This document shows positions 29,901 through 38,806 of a DNA stretch of 64,000 bases, piece after piece. The translations under genes were made by a program, and so were the position numbers. A model generated the notes under the pieces. That model was not told the DNA's origin. It worked only from the letters and a program-made list of their open reading frames with translations, and did not search any database. How positions within the stretch are numbered: position 1 is the stretch's first letter; each line of letters begins with the position of its first letter. Source of the DNA: an uncultured delta proteobacterium (GTDB lineage: Bacteria > Desulfobacterota > Desulfuromonadia > Geobacterales > DSM-12255); contig CAWBBV010000005.1 of the NCBI GenBank assembly GCA_963787125.1, positions 64,001 to 128,000 on the forward strand. Direction: 5' to 3'.

Positions 29901-30416
29901 GTAGTAGCGGTCAGGAAAGATATCCGCGTACCAGCTGGCAGCTGCGGCAGCCTCCTCCATCCGGTTACGACCGCAAAGCCAGGCCACCTCCCCTTTCAGG
30001 CAGGCAGACATGGCGATCAGCCCCTCAGAGTGCTTTGCCAGGAGTTCCCTGTCGATGCGCGGCTTATAGTAGAAACCGTCCTTGTAACCGGCGGAGGAGA
30101 GTATAGAGAGATTTTTGTACCCCTGAAGATTCATGCAGAGTAAAACGATATGGAAATTCGAGACACCGTCAGCCCCGCCACCCTCTTTAAGGGTCCTTGA
30201 GCCGGGAGCGATGTAAAGCTCAGCGCCGATAATCGGTTTGATCCCTTCAGATTTACACTTTGTATAAAATTCTATTGCCCCGAACATGCAGCCGTGATCT
30301 GTGACAGCAACGGCCGGCATGTTAAAATCCTTGGCCTTTTTAACCAGGTCGTCAATCCGGATAGCGCCGTCAAGTAGCGAATATTGAGAGTGGAGATGCA
30401 GATGGACAAAAGACAT
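26955..30416 (-). CDS. dnaE: DNA polymerase III alpha subunit
   Basis: PHP domain HLHLHSQYSLLDG, GPGRGSAAGS, SMPDIDVDF, GFNKSH; upstream of accA. Confidence 0.97.
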   Translation of the reverse strand: MSFVHLHLHSQYSLLDGAIRIDDLVKKAKDFNMPAVAVTDHGCMFGAIEFYTKCKSEGIKPIIGAELYIAPGSRTLKEGGGADGVSNFHIVLLCMNLQGYKNLSILSSAGYKDGFYYKPRIDRELLAKHSEGLIAMSACLKGEVAWLCGRNRMEEAAAAASWYADIFPDRYYIEIQENTLPEQDLVNKRLIQIAADLNLPLVATNDCHYLNKDDAKAHEVLLCIQTGKTMNDPNRMHFSAEEFYVKSPEEMAAAFSYAPEAVANTLAIAERCDVKFDFSTYHFPKIDHEPDMTLDRMLEDDAVKGLEARFDAIRKKKPDFSSADEELYRKRLQLELECIKQMGFPGYFLIVADFINWAKGQDIPVGPGRGSAAGSLVAYATRITDIDPIPYNLLFERFLNPERISMPDIDVDFCTQGREQVIQYVTEKYGRDKVCQIITFGTMAARGVIRDVGRAVDMSYGDVDRIAKLIPEVLGITLQKALEQEPKLRELAAADPKVKELIEIALRLEGLARHASTHAAGVVVAPDMLEEFCPVYKDQKTGLINTQYSMKYVEKIGLVKFDFLGLKNLTVIDNAVKLIRIGKDPDFDIALLADDDALSYQLISEGNTTGVFQLESSGIREMLRDLKPSCFEDVIAAVALYRPGPLNSGMVKDFIERKHGRKKVVYDLPELEPILKDTYGVIVYQEQVMQISRTLAGYSLGGADLLRRAMGKKDASVMAKEKIPFLAGAKEQGIDLKKAEAVFDLMAMFAEYGFNKSHSAAYALIAYQTAYLKAHYPVEFMAALLTEDMGNTDKIVKNINDCREMGIELLPPDINESELSFRVIGKSIRFGFGAIKNVGESAILAMLEARNGEPFTDIFNFCERVDLRKVNKRVLESLVKCGAFDATGARRSALYTVLEDAANIGQRIQDERNSAQVSLFGTAEIVKNNGNGHGNLPEVREWDEKMRLGFEKECLGFYLTGHPLGRYQAEMKRFSSYDTAGFAEISDKTEVRLCGVVVALKEFITKKGERMGFVTLEDLVGSIELVVLPNIFQSVAEFLKSDEPLLVAGTFERGEKSNKILASSIQSLRAVSERETKAVSFKVLSADLDTARLESLKGILQRHHGDCQTRLHIVLPDLCTAVVKLPQECHVAPTEGLSMEVEDLLGYNAVTFE

Positions 30417-30528
30417 ATGTAATACGACTCCAGCGAAGATATCTGTTCAGAGGGTCAGAAAAGAAGGGGAACATTTTTACTGTAGCTAAAACTTCAAGTG
30501 ATTATGCCTTGAATCGCTGCCGTTGTCA

Positions 30529-30560
30529 ACGATCAGACCGGCTCACGATCAGACCGGCTC
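30529..30560 (+). repeat. Perfect 16-bp tandem direct repeat (2 copies)
   Basis: ACGATCAGACCGGCTC at 30529-30544 and 30545-30560. Confidence 0.9.
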
Positions 30561-30677
30561 AGGGTGCGGATGGATTCTCATCATACCCATTGATAAGGCT
30601 TCATTTTAGCGTTATTCTCCCCTGATAAAATCTAAAAGTGCAGGACATTAATTCCCGCCGGGGCGATTCACCTCACA

Positions 30678-32282
30678 ATGCAAAGGAGAGTTACACTGAA
30701 AGCTGTTGTTTATCGAAATTTAGCAATCCTGACCTTACTGGTTGCGGCAATCTTTGGCAACACCCTCGGGCACGGTTTTGTCTGGGATGACACTCTCTTT
30801 GTACCGGATGGCGAGGTGTACAGAAATTTCGACATCCGGGCCATTTTCTTCTCTCTCAAGGCGAACGGCCTTGAATACCTGCCCGTTCGAGACCTTAGCT
30901 ATGCTCTGGATTGCGCTCTCTGGAAGGATAATCCGGCAGGCTATCACTTCAGTAATCTTCTAATTTTCTGGTTGACCATTCTTGCCATTTACTTTTTTGT
31001 CCACAGACTTGCAGAGCGCTGCGGGGAGACAACTCCGGCCAAGCCGCATAAAATCGCCTTTCTTACTGCCGCGCTGTTTACGGTGCACCCCATTCACAGC
31101 GAGGTGGTCAGTTTTATCACTTGTCGCAATGTCCTTTTGTCGGGCCTGTTTCTGTTTCTTGCCTGCACTGCCTGGCTTAACTACCTGAACAGCAGCGGCA
31201 CACGGCGGGCCGTGATGTATGCCGCAGCCCTGCTCTGCTTTACTCTTTCCCTGTTTTCCAAGGCAACCGGCATTATCTTGCCCCTGATTCTGTTCTGCAT
31301 AACCTGGATGACCTGCAGGACCTTCTCCCGCCGCCATCTGCTTGAGCTGACACCGTTTTTCATCCTCTCTGGAAGCGCTTATTTCCTTTTCACGACAATC
31401 GCCCGCAAAACCGATGTGTTCCTGCGGGAGCCGTACAGTGCAACCATGTTCGCTAAAATTGTTCTGGCGGTGCAGATCCCTTTTTTCTATCTGGAGAAAC
31501 TTATCATTCCATGCGGCTTTTCAGCTGACTACGGCACCGAACAGTTCTCTCAAACCCTGACAGCTCCAAGCGTCGGCGGCGCACTGCTGCTGGTCTTACT
31601 GAGCGGGCTCAGCTGGCGCTACCGGAACAGTGCAGGGCTGTTTGCATTTGCCTTCGTCTGGTTCCTGATAGCTCTCATCCCGGCGCTGCATCTGTTTCCC
31701 ACTCTCCCGGTCGTTGCCGATCGTTATGCCTTTCTGCCATCCTTTGGCTGCTGCTTTCTGGTTGCACTGGCAGGGGCGCAACTGCAGGGGCGACGCTTCT
31801 GGTTTGCGGCAGCGCCGCTCGTTCTGGTGCTTGCCGTGCTTGCCTGGCGGCAGAATCTTGCCTGGAAAAATGACACGACTTTGTGGGAAAGCACTCTTGC
31901 GGCCTCGCCCCGATCAACAACAGCCCTTGCTGAGCTTGGCCGGATTTTCTTCTGGGAGGAAAGGAATGTTCAAAAGGCGATGGCGATGTACCGCAGGTCG
32001 AGCGAAATCGACCCCAGCGATCCGGCGTTCGACATTTTCCAGGGGCATTTGTCAATGATGAAAAAGGATTTCCCTAACGCAGTTGCCGCTTTCAGGCAGG
32101 CAGTAGCCAAAGATGAAGGGAACATCGAAGCGGTTTTGAATCTGGGGCGGGCTTATCAATCAACGGGGGAACTGGAGCGGGCCAGGGAACAGTATCGGCG
32201 CGCCGCTTCGCTGCCGGAACTCGATCCGCGGCGAAACATGCGCGGCCGGGCGATGAAATACCTGCAAGACCTGGGTTCCTGA
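30678..32282 (+). CDS. TMTC-like GT-C membrane glycosyltransferase with C-terminal TPRs
   Basis: GFVWDD, YLPVRDLSY, LFTVHPIHSEVV, SLFSKA, VADRYAFLP, WKNDTTLW, then TPR helices. Confidence 0.8.
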   Translation: MQRRVTLKAVVYRNLAILTLLVAAIFGNTLGHGFVWDDTLFVPDGEVYRNFDIRAIFFSLKANGLEYLPVRDLSYALDCALWKDNPAGYHFSNLLIFWLTILAIYFFVHRLAERCGETTPAKPHKIAFLTAALFTVHPIHSEVVSFITCRNVLLSGLFLFLACTAWLNYLNSSGTRRAVMYAAALLCFTLSLFSKATGIILPLILFCITWMTCRTFSRRHLLELTPFFILSGSAYFLFTTIARKTDVFLREPYSATMFAKIVLAVQIPFFYLEKLIIPCGFSADYGTEQFSQTLTAPSVGGALLLVLLSGLSWRYRNSAGLFAFAFVWFLIALIPALHLFPTLPVVADRYAFLPSFGCCFLVALAGAQLQGRRFWFAAAPLVLVLAVLAWRQNLAWKNDTTLWESTLAASPRSTTALAELGRIFFWEERNVQKAMAMYRRSSEIDPSDPAFDIFQGHLSMMKKDFPNAVAAFRQAVAKDEGNIEAVLNLGRAYQSTGELERAREQYRRAASLPELDPRRNMRGRAMKYLQDLGS

Positions 32283-32338
32283 CAGAAAAAGTGTCTTTTT
32301 TTTGAAAAATACGGGAGTAGAACTGATGTAAAACAGAT

Positions 32339-32378
32339 AGATACAAGAAATTCCGCCGTGGCGGAATTTCTTGTATCT
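32339..32378. terminator. Bidirectional terminator hairpin
   Basis: AGATACAAGAAATTCCGCC-GT-GGCGGAATTTCTTGTATCT between convergent genes. Confidence 0.8.
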
Positions 32379-32434
32379 GATTAATGTTGTTGGGCGATTC
32401 GCAATAAAAACAGGTTTTAACCAACCCCACGGTG

Positions 32435-33067
32435 TCAGTGATATGTAACCTCCAGCAAAGGCGCCTGAGCGTTTGTGTCGTTTATTTCTATAAGTCCCCG
32501 AAAAGCGAAAAAATCATCCTCCAATATGCGGACCTCGAAGTTCGCCAGTCCCCTGAACTGGGCTTCTACCATCAATGAGGTTACATCTATTCTGACATGG
32601 CGGAGAACGTCGGCACTGAAAATAGGTGGAATGATCGTCTTAAATTTCAGGGGCGGCAGGAAATTGCGATCGTAATACGATGGCTGCAATGTCTGGGGAG
32701 GGTAGGAGACCAGTTCGATACGAATAGGAATTGAACTGGCCGAGGGGTGTAAAACAATGCTTTTGATGAATATATCGAGAGTTGCCGAATCAATATAGGC
32801 GTTTCCGGGGACACCACCTGCACCTGTCAAGGGAAATGCCAGGAAGGCACGGTATTCATCATAAGGAGTAAAAGGATCTATGCCGGCAAACAAGCTTGAG
32901 GAGTTGAGCGGCGATACAGTGACGCCGTTCAGGATATCACCATCGAACGCCTGGTTGCTGGCTATCGACGTCACAATAAAAGGCGCCGGACTGCTGCCTC
33001 CGCCACCGCACCCTGAAATTGCCAGCATGAGAGAGATCAAAACTGCCGCAAAGTGTATCTTTTTCAT
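32435..33067 (-). CDS. Hypothetical lipoprotein (DNRLRE/CBM-like beta domain)
   Basis: Lipobox ISGC, Gly linker, RAFLAFPL..IDSATL..IDVTSL..PLLEVTY. Confidence 0.65.
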   Translation of the reverse strand: MKKIHFAAVLISLMLAISGCGGGGSSPAPFIVTSIASNQAFDGDILNGVTVSPLNSSSLFAGIDPFTPYDEYRAFLAFPLTGAGGVPGNAYIDSATLDIFIKSIVLHPSASSIPIRIELVSYPPQTLQPSYYDRNFLPPLKFKTIIPPIFSADVLRHVRIDVTSLMVEAQFRGLANFEVRILEDDFFAFRGLIEINDTNAQAPLLEVTYH

Positions 33068-33180
33068 AGTTAATCTCCCCGTTGCTTTTACCTTAAAATA
33101 CTTGTCAGCCTGCCTGAAATTTTAGTTATGACATTTCGGCAATCGACTGTTCAGCGGTCTTAACCACTTGAAGGATACAA

Positions 33181-33197
33181 AGCAACAAACGCACCAT
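33181..33197 (-). promoter_or_regulatory. Possible sigma54 promoter
   Basis: Reverse strand TGGTGCGTTTGTTGCT (GG-N10-GC) about 115 nt upstream of the lipoprotein gene. Confidence 0.3.
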
Positions 33198-33582
33198 AAA
33201 AAATCTGCGGATATTGCGAGTGCAACGATCTGATTATAAAGGGTAAAATGGTATGGTGGGCTGCAGGGCGAAGGAAAAACTGTCAGCAATATACGGTCAT
33301 ATTTAACATAACTGTCATAATCGAAGGTCGCCCCCAAATGCTCTCGTGACAAGGATCCTCTGCGGTTAAAGGGGGATTGACATTGGCAGGTGACTCGGGG
33401 ACGCCCTGCGGATATTCGCATTTACAGGTATCAATCACAAACTGTGGTCGAATGTAAATATATGAATGGCTTCCTGTAAGCAAGGCAACTCAAGTAAACC
33501 GTGATCAGTACATTTCACACGATCAACCTCTCCGGCAACCCGTTAGCGCCCCCCGCACACCAAACTCCAGGCTTGGCGCCGC

Positions 33583-35421
33583 TCAGTAAAGTCCGTGCAG
33601 CGGTCCGCCAGGTGCGGCAAGCGCTTCAACCCGGCGCACAACTGCCGGGTCCTCTACCAGAGGTGGGGCGTGATGCGCCTTGATACGGGCATCTATGACC
33701 AGTGAGCCGCTGCAGCCCCAATGTTTGCAGTCAACTGAAGCACCGACTCCGTAAATATCCGAGGCAGGGTTTGAACGGGTAAAAGTTACCCAGAGAAAGT
33801 TGTCAAGAGTCCGCGCCGTAAACTCGCTGTCATCCACCACGACAATTAACGGAAAACCAGCCAGCCCGAGGCGTCCTGCAAAAAACCGGCACAGCTCCTC
33901 CAGCTGCGGATCGACACTGTTTCTGCCGCTGGTGCAGACAGGAGCTGACAGCGCCAGTACCCCCGGCAGACAGACATACGGTTTGCCGAAGCCGTCCGGC
34001 AGGCTCAAGTCGGCAGGCAACTCGGTCGCCAGCGTCCGCCGCTTCTCCCCGGCAGCCGCAATAACCACTTTCGACCCTCTGTTCAGGCCGCTGCCGGAAT
34101 AATCAAGAGTATCAACAGTCGTGGCAGTCTGAAAGTGCAGATCCCGCCGCCAATCGGCACGCTCCAGTAAAAATTGCAAGAAGGCGGCGATATCATGGAT
34201 AGGGGGTGGGTTGTCATTTTGAGCCGCTATCAACAGATACTTGGCCAGCGAGAGTTGACCCTGCCCAAGGATCGCATTTGCCTGAGTCAGCAGCTCCAGC
34301 GGCTCGCGCTCAGTTGTGTACGGCAGATAGCGCTCGCTGCCGATTGCCAGAAGGAGCGGATGTACACCGGCCGCATCAACCGCGTGAACCGCCTTGATAC
34401 CCGGCAGCACCGTCGGTATCAGTTCGCCGGTCAAGTCATGAATGAAGGCGCCAAAGGAGGTATCCTCCTGAGGGGGACGGCCGACCGTGGTAAACGGCCA
34501 GATGGCGCCGTCACGATGAAAGACCTCTTCGACCCGCACAACCGGGAAATCGTGGGCCAGGCTGTAGTAACCGAGATGATCACCAAACGGCCCTTCCGGC
34601 AGGAGCTTGTCAGGATCAAGCGTCCCGGTGATGCAGAAATCCGCCTCTGCCGGCATTGGCAGTTCGCCGCTGCGACAGACCATTGCCAGGCGATGCCCGC
34701 CCAGAAGACCGGCAAAGGAGAGCTCGGGCATCCCCTCAGGCAAGGGCATAACAGCAGCAACCGTCATTGAAGGCGGGCCGCCGACAAAGATATTCACCTT
34801 GAGCGGTCCCCCCCCGGCAATCGCCTCGGAATGGTGCACGCCGATGCCGCGGTGAATCTGATAGTGCAGGCCGATCTCCCGGTTCGGTTCATAACGGTTG
34901 CCGGAAAGCTGGACGCGGTACATGCCGAGGTTTGAACCTCTGAAGCCGGGCGCAGCAGGGCTCTCCGAATAAACCTGCGGCAAGGTGATGAACGCCCCGC
35001 CATCAAGGGGCCATGATTTCAACTGTGGCAGCTGATCTATGGTTGTCCGGTTGGCAAGGATCGCCCCGGTCGAGACTTTTCGGGGGAGCAGAGACAGAGC
35101 GGCCGGAATCGTCGCTGCGAGAGAAAACGGGTTTTTCAGCGCCTGGGCTGGATTGATTTTGAGTGCCACCAGCTTTTCAATAGCAGCAAGGGTGTCGCGA
35201 AAGATGAAACGGGTCCGCTCTAAAGTTCCAAAGAGATTACCGAGCATGGGGAAACGGCACCCTTTGACATTGGTGAACAGCAGCGCCGGTCCGCCCGCCG
35301 CATATACCAGGCGCTGAATGGAGCCGATCTCAAGGTCAGGATCAAGTTCTACTTCAATACGCTTCAGCATCCCATGCCGCTCAAGATCGATAACGCATTC
35401 CTGAAGATTTCTGTGACCCAT
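33583..35421 (-). CDS. UbiD-family decarboxylase
   Basis: NLFGT, NLGMYR, EGPFGDHLGYY, GRPPQED, DTLDYS. Confidence 0.9.
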   Translation of the reverse strand: MGHRNLQECVIDLERHGMLKRIEVELDPDLEIGSIQRLVYAAGGPALLFTNVKGCRFPMLGNLFGTLERTRFIFRDTLAAIEKLVALKINPAQALKNPFSLAATIPAALSLLPRKVSTGAILANRTTIDQLPQLKSWPLDGGAFITLPQVYSESPAAPGFRGSNLGMYRVQLSGNRYEPNREIGLHYQIHRGIGVHHSEAIAGGGPLKVNIFVGGPPSMTVAAVMPLPEGMPELSFAGLLGGHRLAMVCRSGELPMPAEADFCITGTLDPDKLLPEGPFGDHLGYYSLAHDFPVVRVEEVFHRDGAIWPFTTVGRPPQEDTSFGAFIHDLTGELIPTVLPGIKAVHAVDAAGVHPLLLAIGSERYLPYTTEREPLELLTQANAILGQGQLSLAKYLLIAAQNDNPPPIHDIAAFLQFLLERADWRRDLHFQTATTVDTLDYSGSGLNRGSKVVIAAAGEKRRTLATELPADLSLPDGFGKPYVCLPGVLALSAPVCTSGRNSVDPQLEELCRFFAGRLGLAGFPLIVVVDDSEFTARTLDNFLWVTFTRSNPASDIYGVGASVDCKHWGCSGSLVIDARIKAHHAPPLVEDPAVVRRVEALAAPGGPLHGLY

Positions 35422-35602
35422 ACTTTTAGTTCTCCGGATGCGCTTGAAATAGCCTGCCAACCCTTTCGGGGTCTTGAATATATAAATAATGCTCCTGGCT
35501 TGTCCAGTTGTTTTAAGCTGAACGCCCCTTGTAATTATTACTGACGAGATCCTTTACACAAATAGCTAGTTTGCTGATGTCACAAAAAAACTAACTGTTT
35601 TA

Positions 35603-35637
35603 AATCAGCTAGTTGCAATATTGGTTATTAATTTGCA
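35603..35637 (+). promoter_or_regulatory. IHF-like site plus sigma54 promoter of the PEP-CTERM gene
   Basis: AATCAGCTAGTTG 35603-35615; TTGG-TTATTAATTT-GCA 35621-35637 (GG-N10-GC). Confidence 0.6.
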
Positions 35638-35727
35638 ATATTGGCGTAAGGCCAACGAGTGCAGAAGTATATGTCAGTTCAGGTCACGGTGGTTAGACGG
35701 CAAAATTTATGGGTGGGAGATAATGTC

Positions 35728-36390
35728 ATGACACTTGACTTAAAAAACCGGGTCAGTTTTAAGATTCCTGGCTTATGCCTGTCAATAGCTATCATAGCTT
35801 GCAGCGGCGTAGCCGCTTTTGCTTTGCCAATCGATTATACCCTTCTCACCCAGAAGAGTTTTATCGGCAAAATCACCGACTTCAGCTACTCCGGTGCGGT
35901 GCAAAACAGTGGTGAAATCCCTGTCGGCAGTCAGGTATCCGGCACATATGCTTTGGGTTCCTATCAAAGTGAGCCAACGAATTACCTTATGGAAACTTCC
36001 TCCTCAATCCAGGGCAGGTCAAACTCATATTCTTCCCAGACTAATTCTGCCGCTTGGCAACAGTTGTCATTTTCTGCCGACCTGAAGGATTTACATTATG
36101 CATGGCTGAATGGATTTACTACTGATCTTTTTCCCCTCTATTTTAAATCAACCACCGGTGCGGATGGCGGTACAGTCAGTTTCGATATAAAAAATTATGC
36201 TTCAGATAATTTCCTCGGCACGGGCACGCTCTATTATGAAGCCTACAGTACCGACAGTGGACTCTCCAGCTTCAACCTGGCGTTTACGGTTGAACCAGTC
36301 TCCCCAGTTCCGGAACCCGCAACCATCCTGCTTCTTGGTGTCGGCCTGGCTTGCCTCACTGTTCACGGCAGGAAAAAAATACGGAATTGA
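35728..36390 (+). CDS. PEP-CTERM sorting-domain protein
   Basis: Signal peptide, Ser/Thr-rich body, C-terminal VPEPATILLLGVGLACLTVHGRKK. Confidence 0.93.
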   Translation: MTLDLKNRVSFKIPGLCLSIAIIACSGVAAFALPIDYTLLTQKSFIGKITDFSYSGAVQNSGEIPVGSQVSGTYALGSYQSEPTNYLMETSSSIQGRSNSYSSQTNSAAWQQLSFSADLKDLHYAWLNGFTTDLFPLYFKSTTGADGGTVSFDIKNYASDNFLGTGTLYYEAYSTDSGLSSFNLAFTVEPVSPVPEPATILLLGVGLACLTVHGRKKIRN

Positions 36391-36413
36391 ATCGGGAATA
36401 TTTACACCTTCTC

Positions 36414-36444
36414 AAAAGGGCCATTCTTTTCGGATGGCCCTTTT
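36414..36444 (+). terminator. Intrinsic terminator
   Basis: AAAAGGGCCATTC-TTTTC-GGATGGCCCTTTT followed by a T-rich tail. Confidence 0.8.
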
Positions 36445-36550
36445 CTTTTGACATAGTTAACAGAACAGGGTGATTATTGGTGAAAGGCTCGACTGCCGCC
36501 TTAAAAGCCATTAACCACGAACTTTTCTCGCCATAGGTACTGCGCTACTG

Positions 36551-37912
36551 ATGCAATCATCTCAAGATCTGACAGAAAAACCGGTTGGCCCGCTGATACG
36601 GCAGATTGCCCTGCCGGTCGGCATCGGCTTCTTTTTCAACACCATGTTCAACGTGGTCGATACCTGGTACGCTGGCCAGCTTTCCACCCAGGCCGTGGCC
36701 GCGGTCTCAATGTCGTTCCCGCTCTTCTTTCTCATTATTGCTGTCGGCAGCGGCATCTCCACCGGGGCTACCGCACTGATGGGGCATGCTCTCGGAGCCG
36801 GCCGGCGGGAAGAGGCCGAACTTTATGCCGCCCAGACCATCACCTTCGGGCTGCTTCATGGTCTGCTGCTGACACTTTGCGGCGTGGCGGCCACTCCGGT
36901 CATTTTCAAACTGATGGGAGCTCAGGGGGAATTTCTTTCCCTTGCCATTGCCTACATGGGCGCCATGTTTTCCGGCTCCATCTTTTTTGTCGCCAACTAC
37001 GCCCATAACGCCATCCTCAATGCCACCGGCGACACCAAAAGTTTTCGCAATTTTCTGGTGGCAGCGTTCCTGCTCAATCTTGTCTACGACCCGTGGTTTA
37101 TCTTCGGTGGTTTCGGCTTACCCCCCCTCGGTCTGGCCGGCATTGCCTGGGGAACAGTAACCATTCAAGTAGTCGGCACGCTCTATCTGCACCACCGTGC
37201 CCGTCAAACCGGTCTATTGGGAAGACTTGGCTGGCAAGGCTTCAAGCCCCGCCGCAAGATGTTTATAGAACTTGTCCGTCTGGGATTCCCGTCAAGCATG
37301 ACCATGCTGACTGTTGCCATAGGTATTTTCGTGATCACCTGGTACGTCAGCCGCTTCGGCCAGGAGGCTGTAGCCGCCTACGGCATTGCCACCCGCATTG
37401 AGCAGCTGGTTCTGTTACCGGTTATGGGGTTAAATGTGGCAACCCTCACCATGGTGGCCCAGAACAGCGGCGCCAGGCTCTATTCCCGGGTTGCAGCAAT
37501 AATCCGCGCGGCCCTCACCACCGGCATTATCCTTATGTCCTTTGGCACCCCACTGGTTTTTTTCGCTGCCGCCCCTCTGATGCGCTTTTTCACTGTTGAC
37601 CCGCAAGTTATTGCCATCGGCAGCGACTACCTGCGCATCGCCGCCTTTGTTCTCCACGCTTATGTGGTGCTGTACATCAACTCTTTTGCTCTGCAGGGGT
37701 TACAGCGCCCCCGTTTCGCCCTGTTTCTCGGCATTTTCCGCCAGTTTATGGCGCCGATACCGGTATTCTGGCTGCTTGCCATTGTTATGGGCTGGGGCGT
37801 GGCGGGGGTCTGGTGGGGGATCTTTGGCGTCACCTGGCTGGCAGCCGGCATGTCAATGCTCTATATCAGAAAAACAGTTCGGGAATTGCCGCCGGAAAAC
37901 GCGCTTACGTGA
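36551..37912 (+). CDS. MATE-family efflux transporter
   Basis: About 12 TMs; NVVDT, ATGDTK, LGLAGIAWGT, AAYGIATR. Confidence 0.9.
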   Translation: MQSSQDLTEKPVGPLIRQIALPVGIGFFFNTMFNVVDTWYAGQLSTQAVAAVSMSFPLFFLIIAVGSGISTGATALMGHALGAGRREEAELYAAQTITFGLLHGLLLTLCGVAATPVIFKLMGAQGEFLSLAIAYMGAMFSGSIFFVANYAHNAILNATGDTKSFRNFLVAAFLLNLVYDPWFIFGGFGLPPLGLAGIAWGTVTIQVVGTLYLHHRARQTGLLGRLGWQGFKPRRKMFIELVRLGFPSSMTMLTVAIGIFVITWYVSRFGQEAVAAYGIATRIEQLVLLPVMGLNVATLTMVAQNSGARLYSRVAAIIRAALTTGIILMSFGTPLVFFAAAPLMRFFTVDPQVIAIGSDYLRIAAFVLHAYVVLYINSFALQGLQRPRFALFLGIFRQFMAPIPVFWLLAIVMGWGVAGVWWGIFGVTWLAAGMSMLYIRKTVRELPPENALT

Positions 37913-37962
37913 TTGGCGGCTTTGGCGACAGCAGGTCACTGCAGCACCGTGACGCATGGCCA

Positions 37963-38724
37963 TTATTCCGCTTTGACTGCGGTAAAGAGTATCCGGCGAA
38001 AAGTAAAAAGAATTGGGCCGGCCGGCAGCTGCTGCTGCAACAGCTCCCGGTACCTGGCGAGAAAAGGCTCATGAAGCTCCTGTGGCAGCCGCTCGAAGTA
38101 AGGCACAAGCGTCGTCCCTTTTGTCCATTCAGCTATTGCAGCAGCCTCCGGCAGATAGGTCGGATAGACCTTCTCCATGACCGTGAAATCGACCGCGCCG
38201 CAACTGTGGAGCAGCCGGGCGTACTGATCGATCTCAAGTACCGGGGAATGTCTGACCCAGCCGCCGAGCGCCGTCCGATAAGGCTCTTCTGCTGCCGCGG
38301 CAATGATGCAGGTATGGGAAGGATGGCGATGATTTGACGGAATCTGCACAGCAAGTTGCCCGCCCGGTTTCACATGGTTCCAGAGGCAAGGAATCAGAGC
38401 CTCATGATTGTCAACCCAGTGCAGCACCGCATGGGAAAAGAGCAGATCCCACGTGCCACTCAGTGTTTCAACATCGCCAGGGACAAATTCGACCCTGGCG
38501 ACGCCGCGCTCTTGCGCTTTTGCCAGCATCTGTGGTGAGCTGTCAACCCCCGTGACACGGCTCCCCGGCAGCTTCTCTGCCAGGGCAGCTGCCAGTTCAC
38601 CGGTGCCGCAGCCAAGATCAAGAACCGAGAGCCCGGAGCCGACTTTGATCAGACTGAAGAGATCATTAAACGGCGCCAGCCTGTCAGCTTTGAATTTATG
38701 ATACTGCTCTGGATTCCACGACAT
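37963..38724 (-). CDS. tam: Trans-aconitate 2-methyltransferase-like SAM methyltransferase
   Basis: MSWNPEQY, LDLGCGTG, GVDSSPQM, LHWV, FTFRRILF. Confidence 0.8.
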   Translation of the reverse strand: MSWNPEQYHKFKADRLAPFNDLFSLIKVGSGLSVLDLGCGTGELAAALAEKLPGSRVTGVDSSPQMLAKAQERGVARVEFVPGDVETLSGTWDLLFSHAVLHWVDNHEALIPCLWNHVKPGGQLAVQIPSNHRHPSHTCIIAAAAEEPYRTALGGWVRHSPVLEIDQYARLLHSCGAVDFTVMEKVYPTYLPEAAAIAEWTKGTTLVPYFERLPQELHEPFLARYRELLQQQLPAGPILFTFRRILFTAVKAE

Positions 38725-38806
38725 AAAACCTCCACTCTATTTAGACTTGAACATCCGGAGTAACAGCCGCTATTATGCCGCAAATCTGTTAACGAGAGAA
38801 ACAAAG

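Noticed and set aside
28440..30143. 567-aa plus-strand ORF antisense to dnaE (similar ones at 18397-19689, 23748-25022, 15862-16686, 59581-60495)
   Set aside because: Shadow ORFs caused by codon bias of the real opposite-strand genes; no recognisable motifs
33070..33580. 500-bp intergenic region as possible ncRNA, riboswitch or small CDS
   Set aside because: No recognisable Rfam-like motif by eye and the short ORFs look random; an Infernal scan would be needed
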